Shown here: positions 19,006-28,781 of the stretch, in pieces | Layout of the letters: each line of letters starts with the position of its first letter | How positions within the stretch are numbered: the stretch's first letter is position 1 | NCBI RefSeq assembly: GCF_003367075.2 | Contig: NZ_CP065936.1 | Location: 1,050,001 to 1,082,000 of the forward strand | Direction: 5' to 3' | From: Cylindrospermopsis raciborskii Cr2010 | GTDB lineage: Bacteria > Cyanobacteriota > Cyanobacteriia > Cyanobacteriales > Nostocaceae | DNA length: 32,000 bases | Made by a program: the position numbers and the translations under genes | The notes under the pieces: model-generated | Told to the model about the DNA's origin: nothing | The model's database searches: none | Seen by the model: the letters and a program-made list of their open reading frames with translations, nothing else

Positions 19006-20523
19006 CTAGGTAATCTCTTTCAAGCATCTAATTGCTTCTAATAAACCCCTAGCCTTATTTAAAGTTTCCTCATATTCTTTCTCTGGTTGGGAGTCCGCAA
19101 CTAGTCCTGCACCCGCTTGAACGCTAACAGTCCCATCCTTTAGTACCATAGTTCTAATAGATATAGCAGTATTTAATTGTCCTTCAAAGTCATAATAGCC
19201 ATATACTCCTGAATAGACTCCCCTGCGAGTTGGTTCTAACTGGTTAATGATTTGCATAGCCCGAATTTTTGGTGCTCCACTAACTGTCCCTGCGGGGAAA
19301 CAGGCTTTTAATAAATCCCAAGCGGTTTTATCTTCCGCCAATTTACCTACCACATTACTAACTATGTGCATCACATGGGAATAACGTTCAACAATCATTA
19401 GTTCATCCACCTTAACCGTGCCATTTTGGCAAACCCTTCCTAAATCATTACGTCCCAGATCCACCAACATAATGTGTTCAGCAACTTCCTTGGGATCTGC
19501 TAATAAATCCGCTGCTAATTCCCCATCCTCCTTGGTGGTTTTACCCCTGGGTCTTGTTCCAGCAAGTGGTCTCACCGTGGCGATTATCCCCCCTTCCTCA
19601 TCATCTCTGTCTGCTTTGACCATCACCTCTGGACTAGAACCAATGATCTGCCAATCGTCAAAGTTAAAAAATGCCATGTAAGGTGAAGGGTTAATTTGAC
19701 GTAGGGAACGATATAACTCAAAGGGATTCCCCCGATATTCTGTCCCTAATCTTTGGGAAATTACTACTTGGAAGATATCCCCAGCTCTAATATGCTCCTT
19801 TGCTTTTTCCACACTGGCACAAAATTGCTCCCGGGTAAAATTGCTGCTGTACTCTTTAATATCCACCTTGGGTCTATTCTGTGGTGATTTCCAGGTTAAT
19901 TGGGTGTTTTCCTTCGTTAAGGGTAAAGATAATTTCTCTACCATTTGTTTAATACAATTGCATGCTTTTTGGTAACTCTCTTCCACACCTTCCCTGACAT
20001 CAGCGTAGGCGATCGCCCAAATTTTGCGTTTTACCTGGTCAAATATTAACAAATGGTCTACTTGCATCCACAGTCCATCAGGAATATAGCGATCATCCTG
20101 ACTATGTATAGGTACTGTTGGTTCAATCCAATTAATAAGTTCATAACCCCAAAACCCGAATAAACCGCCAATTCCCGAAGGCAACTCCGGTAATTTCACT
20201 GGATGATAGGGTGCCAAACAGTCAGCCAAAACCCTAAAGGGGTCGCCCTGAAAAACCTGTCGTCTTCCATCTCGATAGATTTGAGTAGTTTGGTTTCCCC
20301 TTGCTTCCAAAATCCAAAGAGGGTCACAACCCAATAAACTATAACGTCCCACCTTTTCCCCACCTTCCACCGACTCCAGCAAAAAGCTATAGGGTTGACC
20401 TGCACAAACCTTGTACCAAGCGGAAACAGGGGTATCCAGATCAGCAACCCATTCCTGATAAACCGGGACAAAATTACCCTGTTGAGCTAATTCTATAAAT
20501 TGCTGAAAATCGGGGAAAATCAT
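19006..20523 (-). CDS. trpE: Anthranilate synthase component I
   Basis: PYSFLLESVEGGEKVGRYSLLG, DIFQVVISQR, TVRPLAGTRPRGKT, LVDLGRNDLGRVC, FPAGTVSGAPKIRAMQII motifs. Confidence 0.95.
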   Translation of the reverse strand: MIFPDFQQFIELAQQGNFVPVYQEWVADLDTPVSAWYKVCAGQPYSFLLESVEGGEKVGRYSLLGCDPLWILEARGNQTTQIYRDGRRQVFQGDPFRVLADCLAPYHPVKLPELPSGIGGLFGFWGYELINWIEPTVPIHSQDDRYIPDGLWMQVDHLLIFDQVKRKIWAIAYADVREGVEESYQKACNCIKQMVEKLSLPLTKENTQLTWKSPQNRPKVDIKEYSSNFTREQFCASVEKAKEHIRAGDIFQVVISQRLGTEYRGNPFELYRSLRQINPSPYMAFFNFDDWQIIGSSPEVMVKADRDDEEGGIIATVRPLAGTRPRGKTTKEDGELAADLLADPKEVAEHIMLVDLGRNDLGRVCQNGTVKVDELMIVERYSHVMHIVSNVVGKLAEDKTAWDLLKACFPAGTVSGAPKIRAMQIINQLEPTRRGVYSGVYGYYDFEGQLNTAISIRTMVLKDGTVSVQAGAGLVADSQPEKEYEETLNKARGLLEAIRCLKEIT

Positions 20524-20617
20524 AGGTTAAAGTTTTATATACTTATAAATTCAAATGGGTAACTAGTAAAGACTGTTACATTACCAATTACCCATTATCA
20601 ACTAGCGCCAACAGATC

Positions 20618-21034
20618 CTAGGCGTCGTGGGTAGCTTTACCACTAAACTTAAGTGCTGCAGCACTGGGGTTCTCACCAATTCTGCGGGGTACATGGCGTA
20701 CCATTTCCCGACCCTTATTTACCTTTTCTGGGAACACACCATCTGCGGGGTGAATCAGAGTAGTTTCCCCACTGGGAAGAATCCGGTAAACCTTGTAGTC
20801 GGTTATTTTGAACTTGCGGAGTTGGGCACCCAAAGCAATGCCATACTCTTTGCGGGCAATATAAAGCAAGTTCTCGCCTGTGCGCATAGTTGCTGCACCA
20901 CCGGTGGGCATTTCAAAAACTTGCTCTTTGGGACTTGTCCAGGTAATAGCGTACTTTTCCTCTACTTCTGCTTTTTTAAGTAGTCCGCCAGTACTACCGC
21001 CAAATAGGGGGGTTTGTCCAGTTAGAGTTGCCAT
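20618..21034 (-). CDS. psaD: Photosystem I reaction center subunit II
   Basis: [48 protein letters not shown]...[16 protein letters not shown]; canonical PsaD; start at MATL preferred to track start 21055. Confidence 0.97.
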   Translation of the reverse strand: MATLTGQTPLFGGSTGGLLKKAEVEEKYAITWTSPKEQVFEMPTGGAATMRTGENLLYIARKEYGIALGAQLRKFKITDYKVYRILPSGETTLIHPADGVFPEKVNKGREMVRHVPRRIGENPSAAALKFSGKATHDA

Positions 21035-21193
21035 AGGATTAGGGTTTTCTCTCAACGTTTTTAGGGCATACTAGCACCCTAACTTATCCTATATTACGAT
21101 TATTTCACACACTGTAACACTTTCTCAAATCTGAGGGGAGGAAAATTTGCAAATCTTTGTGATTGCCGTCATCCAGTAGCTGGGCAAAAAGAA

Positions 21194-23212
21194 CTACCTG
21201 GGTGATGATATCCCAGTATTAACCTTGGACTGCTTTTTTTCTATCTTCCCCCGCACAATGGGAATAGTAAAGTGAAATTGGCTTCCCTTATCTTTACCCT
21301 CCGACTCAGCCCAAATTCTTCCCCCCCAAGCATTAACTATTTGACGACAAATCGCTAAACCCAATCCCGTTCCTCCAGTAGTTCGCCTTAAAGCTCCCTC
21401 CTCTTGATAAAACCGGTCAAATACTATTTCCAACGCATCCGGATCAATGCCTCGACCTGTATCACCTACAGTAACCAACACTTGGTCACTACGATTCTGT
21501 TTGGCTTTAATTGTAATCTTTCCCGAGGGGGAAGTGAATTTATAGGCATTATCTATCAATTTGGCTAATACTTCCACTAACCAGTCTCCATCCGCTTTCA
21601 CCAGGGGTAAATTTATGGGAATCTCACTACTCACCTGGGGTGATTTTTCTTTGTTAGATCTTATACGCATGCGACTTAATGCTAAATCCACACACTCCTT
21701 GAGAATTAAAGACTCCGTATGCCATTCCACATTCCCACTTTCCAAATTAGAAAGGGTCAGGAAGTCTTGCACTAGTTTACGCATTCTCTCTGAGTCTGCA
21801 AGAGCTGTATTTAACATCACTTGCCGTAAGTCGGCGGGCATATCTGGCTCGGTGGCCAAACTTTCTAAACACACTTGAATCGTAGAAAGGGGAGTTCGCA
21901 ACTCATGCCCAGTAATAGCAATTAGATTGCTGCGAGTTCGGTCTAAAGCCTCTAGTTGTTTATTTAGCTCTTCTAAGTTAGTAAATGATTCGGCTTGAAT
22001 TAAAGCTGAACCCACTTGAGTTGCGATCGCCTTGACTAAATCCAGCTCTCCTGGTTGCCAATCGTAGGTAGGAAAATAACAATAGTGTAGTTCCACAATA
22101 CCCAGCAATCTCCCCTGAAATAATACAGGTTCCATCAACCAAGAACGAATATTAAATTTGTCTGCTATGGAGGACAAGTAAGGAGAATCTTTAACTCGTG
22201 GATCCGTTGTCGCATCACCCACACATACTCCTTCCTGTTTATCCACAATTTCTTGAAATAGAGAGTGACGTTGTAAATCCCAGGTTTGTCCTAAAACCGA
22301 TGATAAACCCTGATCCAAAAATTCATGTTCAATATTTGCCCTCACATCACCAGACTGAGCACGATAAATCAAACAACGACCCGCTGCTAAATGATCTCCC
22401 AATTCCTGCGCAGCAACTTGCAAAATTTGTTTTGGATCCAGGGAGCGCCTAATAGCCATACTAATAGAATTAACCAGTCTTTCCTTCCTAGCTTGAACAG
22501 TAAGAGAGCGGTAGGCCTTATGTAACTTATACTGACTGGCCTGTAAATAAGTTACTAATCGTCGGACAAAAGGATCCGTATCAATTTCCCTTCCCCCTAT
22601 CTTCTTTCTCTGACTGGACTTTGTGAATTCTTTAATATTAAACCGTTTACGTACATCAACCACCTTGTCCTTCAAATCAGGACGATAGGCCACAATTCTG
22701 CTTAATAATAAATCCGCCGCTTTAATACTAACAGTCCTATCAGCTGTCCAAATACCCTCAAATCTTCTTGAGGTATCCATATCCAGGACAGAACTCGTCT
22801 CTGGTACTTGGTGACTTTTAACAACCGATTTAACACTTTCTCGACACACTAAACAGGTAGCATAATTATCTGCAATCACAACCAAATGCCACTCTTTACT
22901 TAGAGCATCCTCTGGTGCAAAAGCAACCTTTTCATAAGATCCTGAACTACTAGTAAACCCAGTTTCTAGTGCAGACAATACATATACTTGACTACTACGC
23001 TCAGCAAGACGCTCATAGCGATGAGCTTCCTGACGATAAAACCGTTCCCGCTGGAAACTGGCAATAATTAGTGGTTCACCCAAGGTAGTCCCCAAAATCT
23101 GGTCTTCCATCGCATGGGAAAGTGCGGTTAGTGAAGCCTTAAAATATAACTGGGGACGTAGGTGAGATAGTGACTGTAGCAAATCACTCAGCACGGAAGT
23201 CGAGATGCTCAT
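21194..23212 (-). CDS. Sensor histidine kinase (N-terminal DICT-like domain, GAF, HisKA, HATPase)
   Basis: N-terminal QLYFKASLTALSHAMEDQIL...VIASFQRERFYRQEAHRY (DICT-like), GAF-like middle, H-box ITGHELRTPLSTIQ, N/G boxes KLIDNAYKFTSPSG, GDTGRGIDP, GGTGLGLAICRQIV. Confidence 0.9.
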   Translation of the reverse strand: MSISTSVLSDLLQSLSHLRPQLYFKASLTALSHAMEDQILGTTLGEPLIIASFQRERFYRQEAHRYERLAERSSQVYVLSALETGFTSSSGSYEKVAFAPEDALSKEWHLVVIADNYATCLVCRESVKSVVKSHQVPETSSVLDMDTSRRFEGIWTADRTVSIKAADLLLSRIVAYRPDLKDKVVDVRKRFNIKEFTKSSQRKKIGGREIDTDPFVRRLVTYLQASQYKLHKAYRSLTVQARKERLVNSISMAIRRSLDPKQILQVAAQELGDHLAAGRCLIYRAQSGDVRANIEHEFLDQGLSSVLGQTWDLQRHSLFQEIVDKQEGVCVGDATTDPRVKDSPYLSSIADKFNIRSWLMEPVLFQGRLLGIVELHYCYFPTYDWQPGELDLVKAIATQVGSALIQAESFTNLEELNKQLEALDRTRSNLIAITGHELRTPLSTIQVCLESLATEPDMPADLRQVMLNTALADSERMRKLVQDFLTLSNLESGNVEWHTESLILKECVDLALSRMRIRSNKEKSPQVSSEIPINLPLVKADGDWLVEVLAKLIDNAYKFTSPSGKITIKAKQNRSDQVLVTVGDTGRGIDPDALEIVFDRFYQEEGALRRTTGGTGLGLAICRQIVNAWGGRIWAESEGKDKGSQFHFTIPIVRGKIEKKQSKVNTGISSPR

Positions 23213-23465
23213 GAATATTCTTAAACGTCCAATTTAGACCATGAGAAAGCACTTCCCCAGATCCTAATCCAAAAACTGATCAAGTAAGTTTGGTAACTGT
23301 TAAATCTTGACAAAACTCAAAAAATTCCCCTCCTCAATCCTAATTAATCAATAACTTAATCAATATTTAAAATAGACTTACTCTCGAGACAATGGTATCT
23401 TAACTTTCTACCAATAAGTTGTATTGGGAATACTAACTTAATTTTTCTTTACCCAAATTCCCAAT

Positions 23466-26400
23466 ATGGTAACACTCAAAGGTTTTGCTGTTCTTCCTGC
23501 TGATACGTTTGCTGCTGGTCCAAAATCCGGTGCTGCTGTCACCAATCCCACCAATGGACGTACTACGCCTTTTTCTGGTCAACCTGTACAAGGCTTTAGC
23601 GGGGTGCAATTTGCTCCTAACACCAGTGGGTCCCGATTTTGGTTTTTAGCGGACAATGGTTTTGGTGCTAAAAACAACAGTGCGGACTTCCTCCTGCGCA
23701 TCTACCAACTAGACCCTAATTTTACTGGGGTTGAAAATGGTAATGCTAAGGTTGGGGTAGAGAACTTCATTCAACTTTCAGATCCTAACCGCCTGATTCC
23801 CTTTTCCATTGTGAATCAAAACACTCCTGAACGACAACTCACAGGAGCGGATTTTGACGTAGAATCCTTTGTTATTGATGCTAAAGGGGATATTTGGATA
23901 GGTGATGAGTTTGGTACTTACCTGCTACACTTTGACAGCAATGGAGTTTTATTGGATGCGCCCATTAGTACCCCCAATCTGGTCAAACTAAACACTCTCA
24001 ACGGTCAAAAACCCATTGTTATTGGTCATAGAGGTGCTAGTGGTGAATTACCAGAACATACCATTGAAGCATATAGACTGGCAATTTTAAGAGGTGCTGA
24101 CTTCATTGAACCAGATTTAGTCTCTACCAAAGATGGGGTCTTAATTGCTCGTCACGAACCCAATTTGATTAATACTACTGATGTAGCCAATCGTCCTGAA
24201 TTTGCCAGTCGCAAGAAAAAGGTTGTGGTGGATGGAGTAGAAGAAGAAGGCTTCTTTGCTTCTGACTTTACCTTAGCGGAAATTAAAACTCTTAGAGCAG
24301 TTATGCCTCAGGGTTACCGTGACCAGGTGTTTAATGGGTTACTGGAAATCCCTACCCTGGGCGACATTATTGATTTAGTCAAGGAAGTAGAAGCACAAAC
24401 GGGCAAGAAAATTGGTATTTACCCAGAAACTAAACATCCCACCTACCACGACAATCTGGGTTTATCTTTAGAAGAAAAACTAATTGACACCCTTAAAAGC
24501 AAGAGCTTTACTGATCCGGCACGCATTTTCATTCAATCATTTGAAGTTAGTAATCTTCAGGATTTGAATAATAACATCATGCCAGCAAGAGGTGTTAATA
24601 TTCCCCTAGTGCAGCTAATTGATGCATATGATGTAGCTGATGATGGCACACTTATATACAAAGATGCTTACGCTCGTCCCTACGATTTTACTGTCAAGGG
24701 AGACACTCGTACCTATGGTGATCTCCTGACTCCAGCAGGTTTAGCGGAAATTGCCAAATACGCGGATGGCATTGGACCGTGGAAGCGCCAGATTATTTCT
24801 GTTAAAACCGTAGATAAGAACAATGATGGCAAACCAGACGATCTCAACAATGATGGGGTCATCAATGACAGTGACAAGGTAACCTTGCCACCTACCAGTG
24901 TGGTTAGCGATGCTCACAAAGTGGGACTGTTAGTTCATCCTTACACCTTCCGCAATGAAAGTCGCTTTTTGGCATCGGACTACAATAACAATCCGGAATT
25001 GGAATATCGTCAATTTATCAGTTTGGGTGTAGATGGTTACTTTACCGACTTCCCAGGAACAGGAGATTTGGTGAGAGACCAAATTACCACCAACCAAGTA
25101 AGATCCCCCCAAAATCCCACTGTTCTGTCCAAACCTAACTTTGATACTCTCAATGGTCAAAAACCTATTGTCATTGGTCACCGAGGTAGTAGCGGAGAGC
25201 GTCCAGAACATACCCTAGCTAGTTATAAATTGGCGATCGCCCAGGGTGCAGATTTCATTGAACCAGACTTGGTTGTCACCAAAGATAATGTTTTAATTGC
25301 CCGTCATGAACCGATGTTGGCGGTTGTGAACCTCAACACTGATGGTACAATTAAACTTGTGGGTGGTAAACCAGAAATCAATCTCACAGATACCAGCACA
25401 GACGTTCATCTACGTGATAAATTCCAAGATCGCCTCAAAGTCAAAAACTTAGATGGTCGCAACGTGGGTGGGTGGTTCGCAGAAGACTTTACCCTAGCAG
25501 AAATCAAAGAACTAAATGCTATTGAGCGTCTTCCTTCTCTCCGTAGTACCGCCTTTGATCAAGATGGGTTGAAGGTTCCCACTCTCAAAGAGGTAATTGA
25601 CCTGGTGAAACAGGTAGAATTGGAAACTGGACGCAAGATTGGTATTTACCCAGAAACCAAACATCCTACATTCTTCCAGCAGCAAGGTTTTAACACCAGT
25701 CAATTATTGGTAAATACCCTCAAAACCCTGAACTTTACTGATGCTAGTCGTGTCTTCATTCAATCCTTTGAAGTTAGTAACCTCAAGGAATTGAAAAACA
25801 CAATTATGCCTGGTGCGAGTGTTGATATCCCATTAGTGCAATTATTTGGTGGATCCGGTAGACCCTACGATTTTGTGGTCAATGGAGACAGTCGTACCTA
25901 TAATGACCTTTCTACACCTACTGGGTTAAAAGAAATTGCTCAGTATGCAAAAGGCATAGGACCAAACAAACAGCGCATAGTTCCTATGACCACCGTAGAC
26001 AATAATAAAGATGGTCAACCGGATGATTTAAATGGAGATGGTCAAATCAGTGATGCAGACCGCACCCTGGGCGCACCAACAACTCTCATTCAGGATGCCC
26101 ACCAAGCGGGACTACTAGTTCATCTTTACACCCTAAGAAATGATGGGTTTTTCCTTTCTGCCGACTATAAGGGAGATCCGGGAGCAGAAGTACGTAAATT
26201 TGTGGATTTAGGCGTAGATGGTTTCTTTACTGATTTCCCCAAAACAGGAACATCCGTAATAGTTAACAACTATCTAGCGGGAACAGGTTACGCCAACCCC
26301 AACAATAACTTGAACTCACCCTATTTTGCCGACTCCCCAGTTTACTTCAATCCCAATCAACCTTACTATGGTGATTTAGTTACTGCTAATCTCAACCGCT

Positions 26401-27602
26401 CCCAGGGATTTGAAGGTATGGCTTTTAGTCCAGACCGTCAAACGGTCTATCCCATGTTGGAAGGTACGGTGGTAGGAGATCCTGCTGGTTCCGTCAGAAT
26501 CTACAAATTTGATGTAGCAACAGAAACTTACACCGGTTTAGTAGGACGTTATCAACTAGCCAGTCCTAGCAATGCTATTGGCGATTTCACACCTATAAAT
26601 GACAAAGAGTTCTTGGTAATTGAAAGGGACAATAATCAGGGCACTGGCGCAGCGTTTAAAAAGATATTCAAGGTGGATTTTAGTCAGGTCAATGCTCAAG
26701 GTTTTGTTCCCAAGGAAGAAGTAGCAAACTTACTGGATATCCAAGACCCCAATGATCTCAATAGTGATGGTAATAAAACCTATAACATGCCATTTCAAAC
26801 CATTGAAGATGTGGTGGTATGGGATAATAAAACCATTATTGTGGCTAATGATAACAATTATCCTTTCTCCATTGGTCGTCCCCCCCTCATTGACAATAAT
26901 GAAATCGTTGTGCTAGAGTTGGACAAGCCTCTCGCCCTGGATGCTCGTCTAGGTCTAGCTGCGACCATCGCTGAAAGCTCTCAATTGGTTTTTGGCACTC
27001 CCGGTGTTGATAATGTGTCTGTTACACAAGGAACCGATGGCATTAATGATATAATTTTCACTGGTGCTGGAGACGATAAAGTGGATACCCTGGGTGTCAC
27101 CAACCCCTACGCAGGCAATAATACAGTACACTCAGGTAGCGGAAAAGATATTATAGACGTAAATAATGGCGATCGCATTTTTGGTGGTAGTGGGAATGAT
27201 GAAATCTTCGCCACGGATGCCAAAGACTATCGCATTTCCGGTGGTGCTGGTAATGATGTATTTTATCTGGGTACTAATGGTCGCGCTTTAGGTGGCGATG
27301 GAGAGGATAAATTCTTTGTTACCGAGGGTGGAGGGAATTTAATTTCCGGTGGTGCTGGTGCAGACCAATTCTGGATCACTACCGGTGATATCCCTAGTGT
27401 TGACAACAAAAACGTTGCCAATACCATTGTGGACTTCCAGATAAGTACTGACGTTTTAGGTATTAGTGGTCAAGGAAGCAACTTTGGTTTTAATAATCTG
27501 ACCCTAACCAATAGCGACATTATCATCAATGGGAATAAAGTAGCCACCTTAACCGGAATAAATACTAGCACACTCACTGCCAGTAACTTTGCTTTTGCCT
27601 AG
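23466..27602 (+). CDS. Large multidomain protein: phytase-like esterase segments flanking two tandem glycerophosphodiester phosphodiesterase (GDPD) domains, C-terminal RTX-like calcium-binding repeats
   Basis: Two GDPD signatures PIVIGHRGASGELPEHT and PIVIGHRGSSGERPEHT with FIEPDLV(S/V)TKD and YPETKHPT; repeats GGSGNDEIFATD, GGAGNDVFYLGT at C-terminus; phytase-like TGADFDVESFVIDAKGDIWIGDEFG and GFEGMAFSPDRQTVYPMLEG. Confidence 0.88.
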   Translation: MVTLKGFAVLPADTFAAGPKSGAAVTNPTNGRTTPFSGQPVQGFSGVQFAPNTSGSRFWFLADNGFGAKNNSADFLLRIYQLDPNFTGVENGNAKVGVENFIQLSDPNRLIPFSIVNQNTPERQLTGADFDVESFVIDAKGDIWIGDEFGTYLLHFDSNGVLLDAPISTPNLVKLNTLNGQKPIVIGHRGASGELPEHTIEAYRLAILRGADFIEPDLVSTKDGVLIARHEPNLINTTDVANRPEFASRKKKVVVDGVEEEGFFASDFTLAEIKTLRAVMPQGYRDQVFNGLLEIPTLGDIIDLVKEVEAQTGKKIGIYPETKHPTYHDNLGLSLEEKLIDTLKSKSFTDPARIFIQSFEVSNLQDLNNNIMPARGVNIPLVQLIDAYDVADDGTLIYKDAYARPYDFTVKGDTRTYGDLLTPAGLAEIAKYADGIGPWKRQIISVKTVDKNNDGKPDDLNNDGVINDSDKVTLPPTSVVSDAHKVGLLVHPYTFRNESRFLASDYNNNPELEYRQFISLGVDGYFTDFPGTGDLVRDQITTNQVRSPQNPTVLSKPNFDTLNGQKPIVIGHRGSSGERPEHTLASYKLAIAQGADFIEPDLVVTKDNVLIARHEPMLAVVNLNTDGTIKLVGGKPEINLTDTSTDVHLRDKFQDRLKVKNLDGRNVGGWFAEDFTLAEIKELNAIERLPSLRSTAFDQDGLKVPTLKEVIDLVKQVELETGRKIGIYPETKHPTFFQQQGFNTSQLLVNTLKTLNFTDASRVFIQSFEVSNLKELKNTIMPGASVDIPLVQLFGGSGRPYDFVVNGDSRTYNDLSTPTGLKEIAQYAKGIGPNKQRIVPMTTVDNNKDGQPDDLNGDGQISDADRTLGAPTTLIQDAHQAGLLVHLYTLRNDGFFLSADYKGDPGAEVRKFVDLGVDGFFTDFPKTGTSVIVNNYLAGTGYANPNNNLNSPYFADSPVYFNPNQPYYGDLVTANLNRSQGFEGMAFSPDRQTVYPMLEGTVVGDPAGSVRIYKFDVATETYTGLVGRYQLASPSNAIGDFTPINDKEFLVIERDNNQGTGAAFKKIFKVDFSQVNAQGFVPKEEVANLLDIQDPNDLNSDGNKTYNMPFQTIEDVVVWDNKTIIVANDNNYPFSIGRPPLIDNNEIVVLELDKPLALDARLGLAATIAESSQLVFGTPGVDNVSVTQGTDGINDIIFTGAGDDKVDTLGVTNPYAGNNTVHSGSGKDIIDVNNGDRIFGGSGNDEIFATDAKDYRISGGAGNDVFYLGTNGRALGGDGEDKFFVTEGGGNLISGGAGADQFWITTGDIPSVDNKNVANTIVDFQISTDVLGISGQGSNFGFNNLTLTNSDIIINGNKVATLTGINTSTLTASNFAFA
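24000..26265 (+). repeat. Diverged tandem duplication of ~1.1 kb GDPD-coding unit
   Basis: ctctcaacggtcaaaaacccattgttattggtcatagaggt (~24000) versus ctctcaatggtcaaaaacctattgtcattggtcaccgaggt (~25147), with similarity continuing to the GY/DGFFTDFP ends of each unit. Confidence 0.85.
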
Positions 27603-27624
27603 GTTTTGGTTAGTTTAACTGAAT

Positions 27625-27650
27625 AAGGGCTTACTCTAGGGTAAGCCTTT
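27625..27650 (+). terminator. Candidate terminator hairpin after the GDPD/RTX gene
   Basis: AAGGGCTTAC-tctagg-GTAAGCCTTT, 10-bp stem (one G.U), just 3' of stop; followed by a modestly T-rich acttggtttt. Confidence 0.5.
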
Positions 27651-27713
27651 ACTTGGTTTTAAATAGTTTCTAATCTTTGAAAAACATCTAACTATAACCT
27701 ATAACTAAGCTAA

Positions 27714-28025
27714 CTAAGCATCTTCCGAACTCTCAATTTTTTTGCCAGGGGAAGACTCATACAGCGCATCCAAATGCTGACGTGCATCCTCTATATTAAT
27801 AGAACGCATTACTAAAAGTGGTTCCTTAATTAAATTACCCGAATCATCCAATAACTCCGGATGGGGTATGGACTTGGTTCCATAATAACCAAAACCACTT
27901 TGATTACCCCCCATTTTGGGAGGATAAGAACGGTCAAAACTGAACATAATCAGGTTTCTAATTAAATTACTGACAGCAATAAATGCTAAAGCCGTAAAAG
28001 CTACAATGTACAGTAGGTGTAACAT
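27714..28025 (-). CDS. DUF2973 family small membrane protein
   Basis: MLHLLYIVAFTALAFIAVSNLIRNLIMFS...HPELLDDSGNLIKEPLLVMRSINIEDARQHLDALY; start at 28025 preferred to track start 28127. Confidence 0.75.
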   Translation of the reverse strand: MLHLLYIVAFTALAFIAVSNLIRNLIMFSFDRSYPPKMGGNQSGFGYYGTKSIPHPELLDDSGNLIKEPLLVMRSINIEDARQHLDALYESSPGKKIESSEDA

Positions 28026-28082
28026 CAACTTATCCTCCACTAAGATAACAAATTTTAAAGTTTTATATTGTATGTATTGAGC

Positions 28083-28162
28083 CAGAACGCCATAGACTAT
28101 AGCTGAAACTGATTGCTGGATAGGCATTCTGGCTTACCTTCGCCCGGGTAGCTACGGCTATA
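28083..28162 (-). promoter_or_regulatory. Possible structured RNA leader upstream of the DUF2973 gene
   Basis: On the transcribed strand GCCAGAATGCC (28134-28124) pairs with GGCGTTCTGGC (28093-28083) with one G.U, interleaved with TATAGC (28162-28157) / GCTATA (28105-28100). Confidence 0.35.
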
Positions 28163-28317
28163 ATTCCTTAAACTTTTCTCACCTGTAATTGGCAAAAGTA
28201 AGAAAAGTAAAATAGTCTATGTGCTGATATTTTCAAAGGCATTAGCACTAACGTAGCATGGGACACATTATTTTTTTATGAAAACAATGTTAAGATTCTA
28301 AACCTGAAATTTTGGTG

Positions 28318-28629
28318 TTATTTTATTTGACGATAGCGCATCCCTACCCTCCAGCACTCACCTAAAAGTTGATGCCAAGGGGCTAAAGTTGCCATATCTA
28401 GTCCCACCTGTTTACCAGTAGCATTAAATAGCATTTTGGATGTATTTACCTCCAGTTGTGCTTGTTTAACTCGGTCAAGTAAATCGGACTGTTCCTCTTC
28501 AGTCATAAATGAGATTTTCTCATTTTCCAACAATTGCTGGGAGCGGGCAAACCAATATTCAAAATCCTCTAAAAGTGGTTCTAGGAGTGATTGTAGCAGT
28601 TGGGAGGCCGAAAGGTTAGATTCTGGCAT
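28318..28629 (-). CDS. DUF2605 family protein
   Basis: SASQLLQSLLEPLLEDFEYWFARSQQLLENEKISFMTEEEQSDLLDRVKQAQLEVNTSKMLFNATGKQVGLDM; located upstream of the DUF2973 gene on the same strand. Confidence 0.75.
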   Translation of the reverse strand: MPESNLSASQLLQSLLEPLLEDFEYWFARSQQLLENEKISFMTEEEQSDLLDRVKQAQLEVNTSKMLFNATGKQVGLDMATLAPWHQLLGECWRVGMRYRQIK

Positions 28630-28781
28630 ATATGAAAAGTATATTTCTAAAGGTCATTCTTATATTAACTCTATTCATAAAACTTTACAATTTGTAAATT
28701 TTCTCAAAGAAAAAATAGAACAAGAGAGCTTCCCCCCAGCGGATATTTTGGTAAATTAGGAGAATCAACAGTTACGCCCAA

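Noticed and set aside
23213-23465. Possible Pho box (cttaac/cttaat-like words) upstream of the phosphate-scavenging-type gene
   Set aside because: I could not find properly spaced direct repeats matching the Pho box layout; would need a motif scan and comparison of orthologs.
24930-25211. Antisense ORF within the GDPD/RTX gene
   Set aside because: Lies wholly opposite a clearly coding sequence; composition looks like reverse translation noise.
27050-27400. GGxGxDxx repeats as a separate DNA tandem repeat or CRISPR-like array
   Set aside because: They are in-frame, variable protein-level RTX-like nonapeptides.
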